Shown: piece after piece, positions 42,473 to 47,488 of the stretch
How positions within the stretch are numbered: position 1 is the first letter of the stretch
How the letters are laid out: each line of letters opens with the position of its first letter
IMG/VR virus record: IMGVR_UViG_3300022690_000584
Strand: one strand, 5' to 3'
Source: a virus
Length of the DNA stretch: 47,488 nt
The notes under the pieces: model-generated
What the model saw: the letters and a program-made list of their open reading frames with translations, nothing else
Database searches by the model: none
What the model was told of the DNA's origin: nothing
Program-made: the position numbers and the translations under genes

Positions 42473-42574
42473 GTTGTGTTTATTTAACAACCCCAACATT
42501 AAACACAACAAACCCAAATGTAAAGAACTATTTAGCTATTGTGTTTAAATGATTGTTGTGGTAGATTGTGTTTA
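42473..42574. promoter_or_regulatory. Divergent control region with four copies of the TAAACACAA[TC] motif
   Basis: GTTGTGTTTA 42473, TAAACACAAC 42500, ATTGTGTTTA 42538 and 42565. Confidence 0.5.
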
Positions 42575-42600
42575 GTTAAATTACTTAGGAATGAAGAAAT

Positions 42601-42885
42601 ATGAATAAATTAAAAATAATACAAATACAAGCAATGTTAAATGATGAGTATTGGCAAGGTGTTATTCTTGGTTTGGGTAATGACGGTGTTACTTATCAAT
42701 ATGACGGGTCAGGATGGAGCGTATATGCACCAGCTATAGATATGTCTCACTCTGAAAGCCAAGGTGATGAAGAACATGAAAGAATTGATGTATTCCAAGA
42801 GATGAACATCAATGAAATACCAACGGTTTTAAATGGTATGTTGAGCGCATTAACAACCACTAAACATAAGGGGCAGCAAAGATGA
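42601..42885 (+). CDS. Hypothetical protein
   Basis: AGGAATGAAG upstream of the ATG. It is the first gene of a rightward operon. Confidence 0.5.
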   Translation: MNKLKIIQIQAMLNDEYWQGVILGLGNDGVTYQYDGSGWSVYAPAIDMSHSESQGDEEHERIDVFQEMNINEIPTVLNGMLSALTTTKHKGQQR

Positions 42886-43094
42886 CCTGCGACTACTGTA
42901 AAGAACCATCTAAATACCAATTACAAAATGGAGAGAGATTTTGTGAATTATGCATTAAAAAGAAGTCAGTAATTTTAACAATAGACAAATGCATAGAATA
43001 CTTAACTAAAAATAAAACACAAATTAGTGAAGAGCAAAGTACTAAGTTGTCTATGCTGTGGGTAGATTCAGAATTGAAACATATTGAACCCTAA
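42882..43094 (+). CDS. Hypothetical zinc-ribbon mini-protein
   Basis: CDYC...CELC. ATGA overlap with the upstream gene. Confidence 0.5.
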   Translation: MTCDYCKEPSKYQLQNGERFCELCIKKKSVILTIDKCIEYLTKNKTQISEEQSTKLSMLWVDSELKHIEP

Positions 43095-43114
43095 ACTTAA
43101 AGAGGAATAAGATA

Positions 43115-43360
43115 ATGGAAGTTAAATTTATAGAAAAATACACAAAGCTAGGCGATATCAAAGAAGGGCAAGTTGCAGTTTCAAAGGACAGAAAAGAGTT
43201 CTTTGTATGCTGCTACTATTGGTGTGCTACTTTAAAATTAAATAAGAAAATCATAATAAACTTAAATTATTTATCTAACAACCAGTACACGGAAACTTTA
43301 GATTTAGAGCAGCTAGTAAAGATACTAAAGAGAGGAGATAAGTTTGTTTGTGAAGTTTAA
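43115..43360 (+). CDS. Hypothetical protein
   Basis: AGAGGAA upstream of the ATG. Confidence 0.5.
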   Translation: MEVKFIEKYTKLGDIKEGQVAVSKDRKEFFVCCYYWCATLKLNKKIIINLNYLSNNQYTETLDLEQLVKILKRGDKFVCEV

Positions 43361-43374
43361 CAAGGAATAAACAA

Positions 43375-43584
43375 ATGTCAGATATATTTGAAATAGTTAA
43401 AAAGCTAAGAAATAAGGAGAATGTTATAATCCCTAATAACTATTCTTTTACAGTGATGCAACAAATACAAGATCACGCTGATGAAATAGGATATTTAGAA
43501 CCCATTAAATTTAAGCCTTACGACGATAAACACACTTTATTGACGTTAGATATTCAAACTAAACAGATAACACCTGGTAACTAG
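43375..43584 (+). CDS. Hypothetical protein
   Basis: AAGGAA upstream of the ATG. Confidence 0.5.
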   Translation: MSDIFEIVKKLRNKENVIIPNNYSFTVMQQIQDHADEIGYLEPIKFKPYDDKHTLLTLDIQTKQITPGN

Positions 43585-43612
43585 TAATTAAAATAAGGTA
43601 AAGGTAAATAAG

Positions 43613-43900
43613 ATGAAACACAACATTGAAAAAATAATACCTGAGAAAAAAGTTACGGTAGTTGATTTTAAAACTTGTGATATATGTAAAAGACCTGACA
43701 GAGCCAGTACTTCAAGAGTTGATACATGTGATTTAGACAATGTCGAGATAGAGTATAACGATGTAGAATGTAGATATCCTGAATGCGGTAGTGGTGAAAA
43801 ATACATTTATGACATATGTGAGGAATGCTTTAAAGAAAAAGTTATACCGGCTTTATGTGCACTTGGCGCTGAACCATCCATAGAACCGTGGGACTACTAA
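43613..43900 (+). CDS. Hypothetical zinc-ribbon protein
   Basis: CDIC...CRYPEC...CEEC. AAGGTAAAGG upstream of the ATG. Confidence 0.5.
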   Translation: MKHNIEKIIPEKKVTVVDFKTCDICKRPDRASTSRVDTCDLDNVEIEYNDVECRYPECGSGEKYIYDICEECFKEKVIPALCALGAEPSIEPWDY

Positions 43901-43917
43901 CAAATAAGGTAAATAAT

Positions 43918-44127
43918 ATGAGCGAGAAAACAGAAATATCACCCATAGGATTATTCTTTTCAATACTGGCACTGATTATATTTACATTTTTAGCATATAA
44001 AATAACAGGTGAAAGTATTTTGCTGTCAATATTAATTGGTCCAATTGTAGCTGCATCAGCTTGTCGTCCAGCAAATACAGAATATGGCAATAAGTATTTT
44101 ATGTGGATGCGAGATAAGAAACCATAA
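43918..44127 (+). CDS. Small two-TM membrane protein with a basic C-terminus (holin-like topology)
   Basis: Start placed at 43918 (AAGGTAAA upstream); the ORF could begin at 43888. Hydrophobic segments GLFFSILALIIFTFLAY and ILLSILIGPIVAASA, tail RDKKP. Confidence 0.45.
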   Translation: MSEKTEISPIGLFFSILALIIFTFLAYKITGESILLSILIGPIVAASACRPANTEYGNKYFMWMRDKKP

Positions 44128-44157
44128 ATTAACCTAAATAAAAAACCATGCTATACT

Positions 44158-44184
44158 AGCCCCAATCAACAAAGGGGCTTTTTC
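44158..44184 (+). terminator. Terminator-like hairpin abutting the next start codon
   Basis: AGCCCC (44158-44163) pairs with GGGGCT (44174-44179), then TTTTC, then ATG at 44185. Confidence 0.55.
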
Positions 44185-45885
44185 ATGCCACAGAAAATAT
44201 TAAAAAGAAAAGCGTTACACCTTAATTCAAGTCTTACCGCAAACGCTATTATCACCAATAAAGAGGTCTACGGGGCCAACCATATCGTCATTGAGGGCGC
44301 TGGCTCTATCATTGCTGATACTGTGATGAATGGCATCTTTTACCCGAGAGATGAAGTTATAGCCCTTGCAAATCGAACGAAAGCAGATATTCATGCACCA
44401 TCAGGTCATCCAGTCGATGAAGATGGTAACTTTATTAGTGCCGGTCACCCCATGGCAACCCAGCAAAATTTTATCGGCGCCATAAGTAATAATTACCGAA
44501 TGAATGGTGATCGACTTGTCCGGGATATCTCAATAAACCCTGAAATTGCTAATCGATTTTCTGATGGCAAGGAAATAATTCGTCGCATAGAAAACGAAGA
44601 GGATACCGATACGTCAACCGGTTTATTGCTTCAATTAGAAGAGAAAAGCGGCGTTGGCAATGATGGGGAACCATTTAAGTTTATAGCGCGAAATATGGAG
44701 CTAGACCATGACGCTATATTGATTAAAGAACGTGGTGCGGCAACATCATTACAAGGTGTTGGCATGTTTGCCAATGCAAAAGGTGATGAGTTCACCGTTG
44801 ACGAATACACAATTAACGCATCAATACCAGCCATGAATTTATCTTTGGCACCGAACGATTTCGTATGGAATGAGTCGGAAGCACTAGCCAGAATTAAAGA
44901 GTTCACCAACAGCAAAGATAAGCCGAGCTCAAACTTCCGTAGATTCTTCCTAAACTTCGACCAGTCAAATGTCGATTCGTTTGATAGCTACACCAATTTG
45001 TTTGCTGATGTTATTAATGGTGTGCCACATGCCGTAAAAGCACCAATAGAAGCTGTAAAAAATAACGTTAATGCAACGGCTTATAATGAGAGGTTTGTTA
45101 ACAATAAAGATGGTGTAATCTCAAAAGCATGGAATGTAATTAAATCTATATTCATGAGTAATAAAGATTTAAGCCATAGTGATATCGAAAATAAAATACA
45201 TGAAAAGCTAAACGAAGGTCGTACAGGTGATATACGTCACCTATGGCCCATGGAGATATTCGACACCAAGTTTGTTTATAGGTCCGATAATGATACACTG
45301 TTCATGCAATCATACGCTTTGGTAGATGATGATGTGGTTTTCATTGGAGAGCGCACAGAAGTCGAACGTGTGGTAGAATTTAAAACAGTTAGTAACAACA
45401 ACGGAGATCGCATTATGCGTGAGAAAGTCATTAAGGCATTAAATGCCGCAAATGTAAACATAGAAGGCTTAGACGATGATGCGATCTTTGCAAAATTTGA
45501 AAGCCTTAATAAACAGGATGACGAAAATTTGACTGAGGAAGAAATCCTCAAGAGAAAAAAGGAGAAGGGCAAAGGTAAAAAGTCTGAACATAATAGTTTG
45601 ACTTTGGACGATATCACAGCAGTCGTGAACGCAGCTATTAAACCTCTTCAAGATAAGATAGACGCTAATACCGACAAAGAACTAGATAACCTAGTTGAGC
45701 AAGTCGAAAAACTTGATATAGGGATCAGCAAAGAAGCTGCTAAAACTATGGGTGTAAATTCATGTAAAGATGTTTTAGCCAAAAATGGTGTTACTGCTTT
45801 TAATAGTTCTGGCGGCTATACTCAACATAATAATTCAGAAGACGGGTGCTCAACCCTGACTCTTCCAACTTCGGTTAAGGAGTAA
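44185..45885 (+). CDS. Putative prohead protease/scaffolding protein (DUF2213-like N-terminus, coiled-coil charged C-terminus)
   Basis: 566 aa, directly upstream of the decoration-like and capsid genes. The C-terminal ~150 aa are helical and highly charged. Confidence 0.5.
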   Translation: MPQKILKRKALHLNSSLTANAIITNKEVYGANHIVIEGAGSIIADTVMNGIFYPRDEVIALANRTKADIHAPSGHPVDEDGNFISAGHPMATQQNFIGAISNNYRMNGDRLVRDISINPEIANRFSDGKEIIRRIENEEDTDTSTGLLLQLEEKSGVGNDGEPFKFIARNMELDHDAILIKERGAATSLQGVGMFANAKGDEFTVDEYTINASIPAMNLSLAPNDFVWNESEALARIKEFTNSKDKPSSNFRRFFLNFDQSNVDSFDSYTNLFADVINGVPHAVKAPIEAVKNNVNATAYNERFVNNKDGVISKAWNVIKSIFMSNKDLSHSDIENKIHEKLNEGRTGDIRHLWPMEIFDTKFVYRSDNDTLFMQSYALVDDDVVFIGERTEVERVVEFKTVSNNNGDRIMREKVIKALNAANVNIEGLDDDAIFAKFESLNKQDDENLTEEEILKRKKEKGKGKKSEHNSLTLDDITAVVNAAIKPLQDKIDANTDKELDNLVEQVEKLDIGISKEAAKTMGVNSCKDVLAKNGVTAFNSSGGYTQHNNSEDGCSTLTLPTSVKE

Positions 45886-45888
45886 ATC

Positions 45889-46326
45889 ATGGCTGATAAA
45901 GGCAAAAGATTAATATTCTCCGATGGTGAGACTTTAAATGCTACCGAAGGTTTAGCGGCTGATGGCACAATAAAACCTGGTATGTCAGTTCTTCACACTG
46001 CTACCACAATTGCAAGAAGTACCAATGCTAGTACTGTTTTCGGTTATCCACATTTATTTGCTGATTACGATATGTTGCACGGCAGAACGGTTGATGATTT
46101 GTGGGTATCTGGTGACACCTTAATTGCTCGTGAATTAACCCAGGGTAAAAAAGCAAACCTTATAGTTACCGCTGTTAATTCTACAGCAAGGGGTATTGCG
46201 CTAACTTCAAACGGTGATGGCACGCTAAAGGTTGCTGACGTTGCTGATTTAGATTATGTGTTAGCATATACAGACGAAATTTTAAACATTGCAGGCGTTG
46301 GCTTAATGCGCGTCAAAGGAGCTTAA
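45889..46326 (+). CDS. Putative head decoration / capsid accessory protein
   Basis: 145 aa between the scaffold-like and capsid genes. AAGGAG upstream of the ATG. Confidence 0.4.
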   Translation: MADKGKRLIFSDGETLNATEGLAADGTIKPGMSVLHTATTIARSTNASTVFGYPHLFADYDMLHGRTVDDLWVSGDTLIARELTQGKKANLIVTAVNSTARGIALTSNGDGTLKVADVADLDYVLAYTDEILNIAGVGLMRVKGA

Positions 46327-46328
46327 TC

Positions 46329-47381
46329 ATGATTTTTGACACAGCAATATGCCAAGGTAATGCAGCAGACCTTAGAGCTATGGCAGCTCAATATGCATAC
46401 GTAAACGCTCAGCGAGATGATCCGCGTCATGCGCTACCACTTAGTATGTTTGCAAACTCAGGCACTAAACCGCTTGATTTATTCCGTGAATGGGATAATC
46501 AAACAGTTGCACAATTCAGACTTGATGAAGGTGATAATATTCTAAATCGTTTATTGCCACTATCACGATCTACAAATATTGGGCGAACTGTTTTAGAAAA
46601 TGCGCGCGCTTCTGATGCGGGTGATTTTACACAATCAATGAGTGGTGAAGAGGGATCTCGCTACGACAATGTTGATTACGATTTAAATCAAACAATTATT
46701 CCTGTAGGTCTGAATGGATATAAGCGTAATTGGCGTGAAAACCAACAGTTGAATCTTGAAGACTTTAACGATGCATCAAACCAGCAACGTGAAGCCGTTC
46801 GAACACACAGACAAGGTGTTATCGGTACATTCATGGATGGGCATAAAAACAAAGATGGTCAATTTATTGTTGAAAAGGGATCTCAGTGGCAGGGCGTTAG
46901 AGCTGACAGTCGTGTTGATCAAATTGATTTAGGTGCAGGTGGTTTAAATGTTGATTTAACATTGTCAACAACTACAGGTACATCAATTTTTAATGCTTTC
47001 CTTGAGATGGCACGTATTAGAGCTGTTGATAATAAGGTTTCTGCAGGTGCTATTTATTTCGTATCGCCAACAATATTTTTCAACTTGATGCGCGATTTTG
47101 CTACTGAATTTAATGGCAAGTCCATTAAAAACAAAATCATGGAAATTGAAGGCATTTTAGGTATTGAGATGACAAGTGTGTTAATTGGAAACCAAGTGCT
47201 TTCAATTCCGTTTCAAACTACATTTATTCAACCTGTGGTTGGTATGGGAGTTAGCACAATAGCCCGTTCTCGTCCTAATTGGAACGACCCATTTGCATTC
47301 GAAGTTGTTTCAGCTATCGGTTGGAATGTTAAGACCGACTTTGGATCAGCTAACCGCGCGCTTCAGTACGCATCAGATTAG
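46329..47381 (+). CDS. Major capsid protein
   Basis: 350 aa with AAGGAG upstream. Position and size are typical of an HK97-fold capsid gene following scaffold and decoration genes. Confidence 0.7.
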   Translation: MIFDTAICQGNAADLRAMAAQYAYVNAQRDDPRHALPLSMFANSGTKPLDLFREWDNQTVAQFRLDEGDNILNRLLPLSRSTNIGRTVLENARASDAGDFTQSMSGEEGSRYDNVDYDLNQTIIPVGLNGYKRNWRENQQLNLEDFNDASNQQREAVRTHRQGVIGTFMDGHKNKDGQFIVEKGSQWQGVRADSRVDQIDLGAGGLNVDLTLSTTTGTSIFNAFLEMARIRAVDNKVSAGAIYFVSPTIFFNLMRDFATEFNGKSIKNKIMEIEGILGIEMTSVLIGNQVLSIPFQTTFIQPVVGMGVSTIARSRPNWNDPFAFEVVSAIGWNVKTDFGSANRALQYASD

Positions 47382-47488
47382 GAGGAATCATGGCTAAGAA
47401 AAATTATGTAGTTAAACGTGCTGGTACTTATGGCATTGTAGGTCGTGTTTTTGAGAAAGATTTTGGCAAAGATGGTTTAACAGATCGT
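47345..47488. repeat. Terminal direct repeat, copy 2 (identical to 1..144)
   Basis: Verbatim repeat. It contains a second, truncated copy of the start of the 46..300 ORF (ATG at 47390). Confidence 0.9.

Noticed and set aside
363-42574. Reading the reverse complement of the recurrent motif (ATT[AG][CT]GTTTA) as a Bacteroidetes-type TAnnTTTG -7 promoter box
   Set aside because: The match is imperfect (terminal A instead of G, and the TA is missing in ATTGTGTTTA). The genome also uses strong Shine-Dalgarno sites and TTGACA/TATAAT-type promoters, which argues against a Bacteroidetes host.
45276-45651. Minus-strand ORFs within the scaffold/protease gene (also 44631-44915)
   Set aside because: They are antisense to a long gene in the head operon, and their Ser/Leu-rich low-complexity translations are typical of shadow frames.

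Overview
The window is one complete genome of a tailed dsDNA phage, AT-rich and siphovirus-like. It is 47344 bp, and bases 1-144 recur verbatim at 47345-47488, so the sequence closes on itself. All product calls below come from motifs read by eye in the ORF translations and from gene order; no database search was run.

Gene modules:
- Head genes (44185-47381): a large protease/scaffold-like protein, a small decoration-like protein and a ~350-aa major capsid protein.
- A terminator-bounded cassette (458-4113) of five beta-rich proteins, two of them distant paralogs.
- Head-tail joining genes (6976-8780).
- A lambda/GTA-like tail module (9431-21048): major tail protein, chaperone, 763-aa tape measure, distal tail proteins, an NlpC/P60 peptidase, a J-like tip protein, two fibres that share an N-terminal module (one carries a glycerophosphodiesterase domain) and a beta-propeller repeat protein.
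- A long leftward block (23037-36651) combining portal and MuF-like head morphogenesis genes with replication and recombination genes: Dam-like methyltransferase, Sak4-like ATPase, PD-(D/E)XK exonuclease, a tandem HU/IHF protein, VRR-NUC nuclease, an SF2 helicase with zinc ribbons, YopX-like protein, zf-CHC2 primase, a C5-methyltransferase-like protein and a DUF3987-type ATPase.
- A rightward block of small genes (37045-41458) ending in terminase small and large subunits, and a further small-gene block (42601-44127).

I did not recognise an integrase, a repressor, a DNA polymerase or a canonical holin/endolysin pair.

Most unusual observations:
- A promoter-to-terminator noncoding unit (about 8958-9368) carrying a tRNA-like element whose anticodon arm does not fold.
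- An origin-like array of GGGAAA/TAGGAAAA repeats around an AT-rich core (36676-36960).
- A 10-nt motif, TAAAC[AG][CT]AA[TC], found at least 20 times in intergenic DNA.
- Two glycerophosphodiesterase genes, one fused to a tail fibre and one a secreted lipoprotein.
- Antisense gene cassettes inserted into the structural operons.
- A single-chain tandem HU protein.
- A 246-bp structured ORF-free spacer (26066-26311).
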